From Candidatus Heimdallarchaeota archaeon (GTDB lineage: Archaea; Asgardarchaeota; Heimdallarchaeia; Heimdallarchaeales; Heimdallarchaeaceae): DNA of 64,000 bases. Position 1 is the stretch's first letter. Each line of letters begins with the position of its first letter. The stretch is taken from NCBI GenBank assembly GCA_019057375.1, contig DXJF01000053.1:1-64000 (forward strand). Reading direction: 5' to 3'. Below are positions 1-9,100 of this stretch, piece by piece. A model generated the notes under the pieces. That model searched no databases. It was not told the DNA's origin and saw only the letters and a program-made list of their open reading frames with translations. The position numbers and the translations under genes were made by a program.

Positions 1-36
1 GAAATAGCATAACCCCCCTATATAGTGACCCTAATA

Positions 37-43
37 TTTAAAA
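37..43 (+). promoter_or_regulatory. candidate archaeal TATA box for the thiamine ABC operon
   Basis: TTTAAAA about 30 nt upstream of the ATG at 72; spacing fits a leaderless archaeal transcript. Confidence 0.35.
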
Positions 44-71
44 TCTCTCTCACATGTGTTAGTATGATAAT

Positions 72-1289
72 ATGAGGAAGATCTTCACACTTTGTCTAGT
101 CTTTATTATGCTTTTAACGTCTGTTGGCATGGAATCCAAAGCTTTGAATCATGCTGTTGAAGATTATTCCTTAGTTATTTATACCTATGATTCTCTTCTT
201 GCTGACCCTGGTTATGATTTCATTTCTGGATTCTCAAACTATAGCGGAATTCTTGAAGATGATATACAAGTTATACTGTTATCTGATGCAAATTCAATAG
301 TCACTCAAGCTGCTCTGGAAAAGGATAATCCTGTAGCAGATGTTTTGATTGGGATAGATAATGTTCTAATACATACTGCAAAAGAAGAAGAGATTCTTCA
401 ATCTTATGATTCACCAGCACTGTCAAACATATCTCAGATGATTATAGATAATCTTGATCCTGAGAAATATGTCTTACCTTATGATATGGGCGTTATAGCC
501 TTATGGCATTCAGTAAACAGAATTAATATAACAACTAATCCAGAGTTAGCTAATCTGACATTAGATGATATATTAGATTATGATTTGGCTAAGAAACTGG
601 TTGTTCAGAATCCTAATTTTAGTTCCCCAGGACTCGGTTTTTTACTATGGACAATAGCTGTATATGGAGATTCTAATATAGGTTTTGAAGGATTATTAGG
701 TCAAAATTGGAGAGATTGGTGGAAAGAAGCTAAAAAGGACCTTAGAATAGTTTCAAGCTGGGGAGATGCATTTAGTATCTATTATACTGAAGAAGAAAAT
801 CGACCAATGATGGTTTCTTATGGAACTAGTCCAGCTTATGATGTTTGTCATCCCATCTATGGTGTGGGTGAAGGTAACCCCCCACCTTCAGCAGCATTAC
901 TTTCTCATGAACATAATTTAGATAATGCTTGGTTACAAATTGAAGGAATAGGATTAGTGAATAATTCTCCTCACCCTTATGCTGGTAAACAGTTTATTGA
1001 CTGGTTCTTGAGTAAAGATTTGCAAGATAATATCCCACTAAACAACTGGATGTATCCTGTTCATAATAATGCAACTATTTCCAGCTGTTTTATAGATAAT
1101 TCAATTAATCCAAATGAAGTTGATATTCTTAATAATCTAATATCTTCAGAACTTCTAAAAGAAAATCTGGAGGGGTGGAAGCGTGATTGGAAGACTGAAG
1201 TAGCCCCTTTCAGTAATTTCCTGGGAATTGTTCTATCAATATTAACCGCTTCAATTGCTTATGTTATAATTAAAAAACATAAAAACTGA
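72..1289 (+). CDS. thiB: thiamine ABC transporter substrate-binding protein (ThiB/TbpA family), C-terminally membrane-anchored
   Basis: ThiB-like motifs YTYDS, PxADVLIGIDN, PYDxG, SSPGLGFLLWT, SYGTSPAY, QIEG, NWMYPV; N-terminal signal peptide; C-terminal TM helix with basic tail. Confidence 0.85.
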   Translation: MRKIFTLCLVFIMLLTSVGMESKALNHAVEDYSLVIYTYDSLLADPGYDFISGFSNYSGILEDDIQVILLSDANSIVTQAALEKDNPVADVLIGIDNVLIHTAKEEEILQSYDSPALSNISQMIIDNLDPEKYVLPYDMGVIALWHSVNRINITTNPELANLTLDDILDYDLAKKLVVQNPNFSSPGLGFLLWTIAVYGDSNIGFEGLLGQNWRDWWKEAKKDLRIVSSWGDAFSIYYTEEENRPMMVSYGTSPAYDVCHPIYGVGEGNPPPSAALLSHEHNLDNAWLQIEGIGLVNNSPHPYAGKQFIDWFLSKDLQDNIPLNNWMYPVHNNATISSCFIDNSINPNEVDILNNLISSELLKENLEGWKRDWKTEVAPFSNFLGIVLSILTASIAYVIIKKHKN

Positions 1290-1304
1290 GAAGGCGGTAA
1301 ACAG

Positions 1305-3050
1305 GTGCATAGATCTATTCAAAAGAAAGCTAGAAATTTCGAAGGATTATCAAATAAGTTCATTATTAGCTTGTCAATTATAGCATTAATTTCCTTTCTT
1401 TTAGCCTTTTTTTATATTCCCATAGTTAGAATATTTCAAACAGCATTAAGTTCAGATTCTGGAAATGGTTTTCAGGTTTTTTGGGAAACTCTGAGTGATC
1501 CTTTTAATCTAAAATTCTTGGGTTTTACTTTGTTCCAGGCGTTTTTATCGACTGTACTGTGTTTATTAATTGGATTACCTATTGGATATTTCTTTGCAAA
1601 ATATGAATTTAAAGGAAAAAAACTGATTGTCAATTTGCTCACTATTCCTTTCGTTTTACCACCAGTTATTGTATTAATTGGATTTACAGTTACATATGGT
1701 CAAGGAGGATGGGTAAATCTACTCTGGCAGAATATAACAAATTCTAGCAATGTTCTAGTTGCTATTGACGGAACGGTTCAAGGAATAATCCTCGCACATG
1801 TTTTTTACAACCTTTCTGTAATTATAAGACTAACAATTCCTGCTTGGCAAAATATAGATAATGAACAAATTGAAGTTTCATCAACCCTTGGGGTTGGGAA
1901 AAGTAAAACCTTCCAGAAGATAATCTTTCCACAAATAAAAAATGCAATTATATCCTCATCATTATTAGTTTTCATTTATACATTCAATAGTTTTGCAATT
2001 GTAATGAAGCTAGGAAATTTCAACTTTTATACACTTGAAGTATTAATCTATGAATCATTTGATTTGTTAAAATTTTCAGAAGGAGCTTCCCTTGCTGTGA
2101 TTCAACTAGTTATTAATAGTCTAGTAATAATTCTCTATTTGGTTGTTGAACGTAAATCAAGAAAAATGGCAGAAGGTAAAGAAAAGGGTCTTAAAACTGA
2201 AAGACTCTCTTTAAAAGGAAAAAACTGGAAAAGTATAGTTAGAATATCTCTTTCCATAGTTTTTGTTTTTATTGTGATTCTCTTTTCATTTGCTCCAATT
2301 ATAGCTATCTTTGTAAAATCATTTATTCCAAAATCTTCTGTTGATTCCCCATTTTGGGGATACTCACAGATTTTTACTCAGCAGAAAATAACTCCTCTCA
2401 ATACGAACACGATTAGGCTTTTTGGAAATACCTTGTTGTTTGCTACTGTAGCTGCCGTTATAAGTCTGATACTCTCTGTTTTGATAGTTTTTGTACTTAG
2501 AAATAGATATCATAGTATCAAAAAATACCAAAGATCAGTTTCAGAAAGCTTAGTTTCTTATCTCATAATTCTACCAATGGCAACATCTTCGATAACTTTG
2601 GGATTAGGGCTTTATCTTAATTATAGCGGGTTGAATTCATATTATAATTCAGTCTGGATTTTCATAATAATGTCTCATGTTCTAATCAGTATACCTTTCG
2701 TAACGAGATCAATTTTAGTTGCATATAATCGAATTGATGTTGAATTGTTGAACGTTGCTTCATCTTTAGGAGCTTCTAGAGTGATGGTTTTTAGAAAAAT
2801 TGAGTTTCCATTGATAAAAAGAGGAATTATTGTTGGAGGAATTTTTTCTTTTGCGATTAGTTTAGGAGAATTTGGTGCTACTTTTCTTCTAGCAAGAGCT
2901 AATTATGAAACATTATCAATAGGTATATACAATCTGTTAGGTTCTCAAACACTACAAATTTCAACTGCAATGGCAAGTGTTCTAATATTGATTACAGCTT
3001 TATGTTTCTATTTGATAAACAAATTTGGAGATATTGAATTGAAGGTGTAG
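1305..3050 (+). CDS. thiP: thiamine/iron(III)-type ABC transporter permease (two fused TM modules)
   Basis: about 12 TM helices; LTIPFVLPPVIV, LAHVFYN and two EAA-like loops (EVSSTLG, NVASSLGA); follows thiB; GTG start. Confidence 0.85.
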   Translation: MHRSIQKKARNFEGLSNKFIISLSIIALISFLLAFFYIPIVRIFQTALSSDSGNGFQVFWETLSDPFNLKFLGFTLFQAFLSTVLCLLIGLPIGYFFAKYEFKGKKLIVNLLTIPFVLPPVIVLIGFTVTYGQGGWVNLLWQNITNSSNVLVAIDGTVQGIILAHVFYNLSVIIRLTIPAWQNIDNEQIEVSSTLGVGKSKTFQKIIFPQIKNAIISSSLLVFIYTFNSFAIVMKLGNFNFYTLEVLIYESFDLLKFSEGASLAVIQLVINSLVIILYLVVERKSRKMAEGKEKGLKTERLSLKGKNWKSIVRISLSIVFVFIVILFSFAPIIAIFVKSFIPKSSVDSPFWGYSQIFTQQKITPLNTNTIRLFGNTLLFATVAAVISLILSVLIVFVLRNRYHSIKKYQRSVSESLVSYLIILPMATSSITLGLGLYLNYSGLNSYYNSVWIFIIMSHVLISIPFVTRSILVAYNRIDVELLNVASSLGASRVMVFRKIEFPLIKRGIIVGGIFSFAISLGEFGATFLLARANYETLSIGIYNLLGSQTLQISTAMASVLILITALCFYLINKFGDIELKV

Positions 3051-3052
3051 AA

Positions 3053-4123
3053 ATGGTTAATGTAAAATTAAATAATTTATCTATGAAATACGAAAAAAAG
3101 CTAATAATCGAAAATTTTGAAATCGAAATTCTAGACGGAGAATTACTGGTTCTTCTAGGAGCAAGTGGATGTGGAAAGACGAGTTTATTGAAGATTATTG
3201 CAGGTATAATAGAGCCAGAAGAAGGAACAGTGATTTTTGATGATGAAGATATAACCAACTATACACCTCAAAAGAGAAAAATAGGGTATGTTCCCCAAGC
3301 ACAGGTTCTTTTTCCACATATGAAGGTTGAGCAGAATATCTCCTTTGGTTTAGAAGCTCATAAATTGTCAAAAGAATTGATAAAAGAAAGAATCACATGG
3401 ATTGCAGAGATCACACAAATTCAAGACCTATTGAACAGATTTCCAAGTGAAATTAGTGGTGGACAAAAACAAAGGGTAGCTTTAGCCCGAGCATTAGCAA
3501 TTAAACCAAATTTGTTGCTTCTGGATGAACCACTGTCAAGTATTGATGCTTCTGGTAGAGAATCCCTAGCTTTAACGATAAGAAGAATACAAAAGGAGAC
3601 TGGCATTACAACACTATATGTCACTCATAACCAAGAAGAGAGCAGATTAATTAGCGATAGAGTGGCTCTAATGTATGACGGGAAGATTCAACAAATAGGA
3701 AGTGTAATTGAGGTAGATAGAAATCCTAGAAATTATCTAATAGCCAAGATTATGGGGTCTTCAAATGTTTGGCCAGTTGATTATCTAGAAACTAATAATG
3801 GTAATTCCTTGGTTTCAACTCCAATTGGTTTAATCACTCTTCCTTACGAAGTTAATAGAAAAATAACTGGAATAAGAATACCTCCTTCATCTTTTAAAAT
3901 TGTAAGTACTCTTTCTGAAGATAGCAAAGTTATAGAATTTATTGGTAGAATTAAATCTATCATAGAAAAAGATGATGAAAATTTCAGGATTGTAGTTGAT
4001 CTTAAGGATGCTCATCTTGAATACATCAAAGTTGATTGCAATAAGGAAATGCTTAATATAGTATCTGCAGCAAATAAAGAAATACAACTACAGGTTCTCC
4101 CATCTGAGGTCATTCTAATTTGA
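3053..4123 (+). CDS. thiQ: ABC transporter ATP-binding subunit (ThiQ/PotA-like)
   Basis: Walker A GASGCGKT, signature ISGGQKQR, Walker B LLLLDEP, H-loop VTH; third gene of the operon. Confidence 0.85.
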   Translation: MVNVKLNNLSMKYEKKLIIENFEIEILDGELLVLLGASGCGKTSLLKIIAGIIEPEEGTVIFDDEDITNYTPQKRKIGYVPQAQVLFPHMKVEQNISFGLEAHKLSKELIKERITWIAEITQIQDLLNRFPSEISGGQKQRVALARALAIKPNLLLLDEPLSSIDASGRESLALTIRRIQKETGITTLYVTHNQEESRLISDRVALMYDGKIQQIGSVIEVDRNPRNYLIAKIMGSSNVWPVDYLETNNGNSLVSTPIGLITLPYEVNRKITGIRIPPSSFKIVSTLSEDSKVIEFIGRIKSIIEKDDENFRIVVDLKDAHLEYIKVDCNKEMLNIVSAANKEIQLQVLPSEVILI

Positions 4124-4935
4124 TTCCTGAAAACTTGAAAACTGATATAGAAATAGCAATCATTGAACTATCTAAAAATTATCAGCAATTCAGCTGGCAA
4201 CCTATTGAAAAGGGCTATACGAATGAAAAATATCTAATTTCAGGGAATGAACGAGAGCCTTTAGCTGTCTGCAAAATATTTTCTAAAAATGAAATTTACC
4301 AGTCTGAATTAAGATTTGAACGAGAAAAACACTCCTTAGAACTATTTGGTGGAGACATTGCTCCAAAGATAATCTGGGAGAACAAATCTGGAATTTTAGT
4401 TTATGAATATTTGTTGGGACAGGAGTTGCATTTAGTCGACTATGACCTATTAGATCCTTTGGAAATAACTAACATTATTGAGAAAATTCACCGCAAGTCT
4501 AAACAAAAAAAGAATGCAATTAAAGAAGATGTAATTGAATATTATACAAAAATTGCTCAACTTTATGAGTCTTCAAGTGATGAGTATCCTCCAAAGCTGA
4601 TTGAAAAACTGAAGAAGTTAACCCATGGACAAGTAGAGATTTTAGATGAGTATTCTGAACATTTAACTCACGTTCATGGGGATCTAATACCTGCTAATTT
4701 CATTGTTAATGAAGGTAAAATCAAACTTCTAGATTGGGAATTTTCAAGACCAGAGCTTACATTTTTTGATTTCCAGTATTTTAATTACTATGCTGAAGCA
4801 CATGATATTCCCGTTAGGTTGAACATTAAAGCCGAGATTAAAAATTTCTATTCTGATATTATTGATGTTCTTGAACGACTTTGGCGACATGGGTATTTGA
4901 AGAAGAATAAAAGTATCTTCTATCACATTGATTAA
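4120..4935 (+). CDS. APH/choline-kinase family phosphotransferase, candidate thiamine kinase
   Basis: GYTN loop, Brenner motif HGDLIPAN, LLDWEFS; 4-nt overlap with thiQ implies translational coupling; TTG start. Confidence 0.75.
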   Translation: MIPENLKTDIEIAIIELSKNYQQFSWQPIEKGYTNEKYLISGNEREPLAVCKIFSKNEIYQSELRFEREKHSLELFGGDIAPKIIWENKSGILVYEYLLGQELHLVDYDLLDPLEITNIIEKIHRKSKQKKNAIKEDVIEYYTKIAQLYESSSDEYPPKLIEKLKKLTHGQVEILDEYSEHLTHVHGDLIPANFIVNEGKIKLLDWEFSRPELTFFDFQYFNYYAEAHDIPVRLNIKAEIKNFYSDIIDVLERLWRHGYLKKNKSIFYHID

Positions 4936-4973
4936 CCCTAAATATATAAAAACAAGTTAGGTTTCTCTTTTCT

Positions 4974-6191
4974 ATGGAAGCTGAAATTGTTTATTTTGAT
5001 CCATCTGTTCCTAAATTCTTAGCATCTAAAATTTTGAAAACTTTATGGAAAAAAGTAGTTTTTTCTCGTATGGGACCTATCATTCATAAGAAAAACTATT
5101 CCTTTGAATTAGAAAATCCGAATGAAGTTCTTACTAAAACTCTTATAGGTGGAATTTGTGGATCAGATTTGCATCTTATTGATCTGGATTTTGCTTTAAA
5201 TGTTGCACCTACGATTGTTCCTTCACCCTCTCCTAGACATATGGGTCATGAGTGTGTATGTCAAATTGTGGAAATAGGTAAGGAAGTTTCTAAATTGAAA
5301 AAAGGGGATAGAGTTGTTGTACAAAAAGGTCCATCTTGTTTTCTGCACCAACAAGATAATCTATGTCCTCGATGTGATGAAGGCGATTTCTGGTTATGTG
5401 AAAAAGCAGGACAGTTTGCAGACTTTACTGAATATGATGCAGCAGGTGGTTGGGGAACAGGTTTCAAATATCATGAAAATCAACTGGTTGCTCTACCAGA
5501 TGAAATTACTAATGATCAAGCAGTCTTAATTGAACCTCTTTCTTGTTCTCTACGAGGAGTTTTAAGAGCTAAACCACAAGCTGAAGATAATGTACTAGTT
5601 ATTGGTGCTGGAACAATTGGATTGTGCACTCTAGCAAGTATTAAAGCTATAAACCCTGATGCAAATACATCTGTTATGGCTAAATATGATTTTCAAGCTG
5701 AAGCAGCAAGAAAACTTGGGGCTGATGAAGTCATAATAGGTAAAAATATTGAAGATTACTTGGAGGATAAAACAAACGCAGTAAAATATCAAGGGTACTT
5801 TAGTAATAAAACATTTTTAGGTGGATTTGATATAATTATTGATTGCGTAGGAACAGCTTCAACAATCCAAAATTCGTTGAGATGGGCCAAAGGAAAAGGG
5901 AAGGTGATGGTACTAGGTATTGATTTGAAACAAGGTAAGTTGGATTATACGTCAGTATGGTATCAAGAAGTAGACTTGTTAGGGTCTTTAATCCATGGAA
6001 CTGAAGACTGGAAAGGAGAAAAGAAATCAACATTTGAAATTGTTATTGAATTGCTTAAAACCAAAAAGATTCCTCCTTCAATATCGGAAATTATTACTCA
6101 CAGATACAGTATATCTGAATTCAGAGAAGCAATTAAAGTTGCTTTCAATAAGAGAAAAAGTCATGCAATTAAAGTTATCTTCGATTATTAG
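4974..6191 (+). CDS. zinc-dependent medium-chain alcohol/sugar dehydrogenase (MDR family)
   Basis: GICGSDLH, GHE, structural-Zn cysteine cluster, LIEPLSC, Rossmann GAGTIG. Confidence 0.9.
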   Translation: MEAEIVYFDPSVPKFLASKILKTLWKKVVFSRMGPIIHKKNYSFELENPNEVLTKTLIGGICGSDLHLIDLDFALNVAPTIVPSPSPRHMGHECVCQIVEIGKEVSKLKKGDRVVVQKGPSCFLHQQDNLCPRCDEGDFWLCEKAGQFADFTEYDAAGGWGTGFKYHENQLVALPDEITNDQAVLIEPLSCSLRGVLRAKPQAEDNVLVIGAGTIGLCTLASIKAINPDANTSVMAKYDFQAEAARKLGADEVIIGKNIEDYLEDKTNAVKYQGYFSNKTFLGGFDIIIDCVGTASTIQNSLRWAKGKGKVMVLGIDLKQGKLDYTSVWYQEVDLLGSLIHGTEDWKGEKKSTFEIVIELLKTKKIPPSISEIITHRYSISEFREAIKVAFNKRKSHAIKVIFDY

Positions 6192-6193
6192 AC

Positions 6194-9100
6194 TTATTTT
6201 TCGAGCTCTTGAGCAGCTAAAATTATTTTAGTTGCTTGTCTTCTAATTTGACTAATTTGTTCTCGAATTTCTTCTAAAGGTTTCTTCTTTACCAACAGAG
6301 ACTTCAACTGGTCGATATGTGAATGTAAGAATTCTTGGTAAGCTAATAACAATGTACCAAATTCTAAATCAGTTAAGACTGTAATTAATAAATTCTCAAA
6401 TCCACCCCTAGCTTTTTCGTTCTTCAGTTGAATTCCATGAATATAACCTAACATTGATTCATTTGGAAGAGTAATAGAACCAAGTCTTCGTCCTTGAATT
6501 GTTTCTTCAAATCCTAATGCAGAAAACGCTTGATCTCCCACTTTTAATATGAAATTTTCAACTTCTAAAGTCATTCTAGAACCATATTCATAACCTAAAG
6601 AATGCTCTGTAATTATAGGAACTGCACCCCTACGTTGGTCAAAGATGGTTAGAAATCCTCCAGGACATAATTCATTTAGTTTCATTGTCACATCTTGATC
6701 TTGTATTTTTGACAAGATTATCTCAAATGGTGTAGATTTAACTGTTCGATAAACAATGAAAGAAACTATCGCTAAAGCTAAAACACTTCCTCCAATTATA
6801 ACATATAATAACCAGCTCGCTAGAACAGGAGGTTTAATAGTTATAATAATTTCCTCTGAATCCTTAACAATAGAATCAAAAATAGAATCTCCTTCAAAAG
6901 ATGTTGAAAAGGTTATATAATCTATTTCCTCTGTCATTTCAAATGAAACTGATGCTAGTCCATTTGTGTCTGTTGTATCAGTCAAGTTCTCTATATAATC
7001 ATGATTTCCATTAGCAGCATAAACATTAGATACACTTGATTTATAGAAAATATAGATTATAAATCGAATTTCTAGTCCTTGGACAGGAGTTCCATTTTGG
7101 TATGTGAGTGATGCAATTAGTACTAGTTGTGAACCCTCAATAATCTCCAGACTAGAAGCTTCTACAGTTAGTATAAGAGTTAATGGTATAACTTCGTAAT
7201 CAAACGAAAAGGAATCGTTGGTTTCGCCATAGTAGAAATCAGATTCAGCTTTTATTAGTAAAGTGTAATCCCCCTTAGTTATTCCATGTAAATATGGATA
7301 GAATTCAAAAGAATAAACATTGCTTCCCATATCTTGGAATACAACGAGTTGACTATTAACATAGATGTTTTTGATGATCAATTCATTCAATAACTCATCC
7401 TCAAGTGTTATATTTACTTTGAAACTCTTCCCATATAGAATTGAAACGTCATTTTCCAGAATCGTTAAACTTCCTTCTTTTCTTCCAATATCTAGACTAA
7501 CAACCATTGTGTGTCTTTTTACTCCTAATTGAGAGAATTCGAAAACTAAATCTGTTAGACCAATATTGTTCGCATAAATTGAAAATTCAAAAGTTATATT
7601 ATCAATTGTATTGTTTAAAACTATTAAATTCAAATTGTTGTTCAAACTTTCATTATGCCAGATTAAATTAGATACAGAAGTATTATCCAAACCATCAAAG
7701 ATTGATATTGTGAAGTTGAAAGTGTCTTTGTAACTTAATTGATGAGTTTGACTTAATAAATCGATTGGGTCAAGTACATCTATAGTTATATCATCTATAA
7801 AGAAATTGAAGGTTTTAACAATTGAATTAGAAGAGGTTAGATTTCCTGTGTTGTCATTCAGTGTAATAGTTAAATTATGGAAACCATCTGAAGTTGGAGA
7901 ATTAACTATCCATGTAGTCTCATTGGTTGGAGCATCTTCTTCTATATCCCAATAATAAAATGATGTATAGTAATCACTACTAATATTTGTGAACCAAATT
8001 TCTGCATTTCCACGAATTGCATATAGGTCAACATTATTGATTTCTACCCATTGAGTTAAATCTTCATCATAAATGAAAGCATCAAAATTTGGAGGTTCGA
8101 TATCTATGATAAAACTGAAACTATAGGTTTGATTATTTCCTACAATGTCTTCAGCAAAAATTGACAAAAGCGCTATAGAACCATTCGAATATAATACCTC
8201 AACTGGACCTTCTAAATCTACTTCTCCTAGAATTGAAGGATAAAGATTCTGCCAGAATCCAGGGAGTGCATCCCAAGAATATTTTACTGTTTTTAGTGTA
8301 TGTTCTGATATATCTTCTACAAGAAGCGATATTGTAGTTATATTATTGATTTTTGTAAATTCAGTGATTGTTTCTGAATCTAGTTCTACCTCCGGTTCTT
8401 GACTGTCAATGGTCAGAACAATTGGTATTATTGCTGCTTCATTTCCTAAGGAATCACTTGCATTAATATACAATGTTGAGGTTCCATCAACGAAATTTAA
8501 GATGAAAGAATCAGTGAAATTATCATAAACAGATCCTACCCATGAGAATGTACTAAGTATTTGACTATCATCATCTAAAATTGAAACAGTAACTAAAGAA
8601 TCAGCAGGTATATAGTAGATTCCATGTGCTTCAACTAAGGCATCAATACTAAGAATTTCAATTGTGGGTGCTAAAGTGTCTATGGTGATAATAAACGATA
8701 TAGTGGCATAGTTATTTGCTATATCAGATACAAAGAGAGTTAGATTGTAGGTTCCATCTAAAAGCTCTAGAAGATCAAATTCATGTGGGTAAATTAATGT
8801 TTGATTTTCTATTCCATCAATTGACATAATTACATCTAATTGTGAAAGTGAAGTAAAATTATCGTTAAAAGTAAATTCTAGAACATCAGAGTTTAAAAAT
8901 CTCTTATTGTTATACTCATCCTTACTAGTAAGAATCTCAGGAGCTTCTTGATCTAAAGTAAATTTAAACAAAAAGACATGCTCCTCATCAAAAGTGTCGA
9001 ATGTTCTGATTGTCAAATAATGTTCTCCAACAGGAAAATCTGGAAGAACATTAGTTTCATTTAAGAATAATGTTGAATTGAAATAATAAGCATCCTTAGT

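Noticed and set aside
21-34. TAGTGACCCTAA resembling TATTGACCCTAA near 11563 and the GTGACCA half-sites near 28705-28742
   Set aside because: Short, AT-rich and only partially matching; chance similarity cannot be excluded without statistics
1-71. TPP riboswitch upstream of thiB
   Set aside because: No GGGG...CUGAGA or AUACCUG-type core in the 71 nt available, and the TATA spacing suggests a leaderless transcript; anything further upstream is outside the window
2992-6231. Short antisense or alternate-frame ORFs inside the thi operon and dehydrogenase (for example 2992-3258, 3421-3624, 5261-5467, 5995-6231)
   Set aside because: Fully overlap well-supported genes and have shadow-ORF composition
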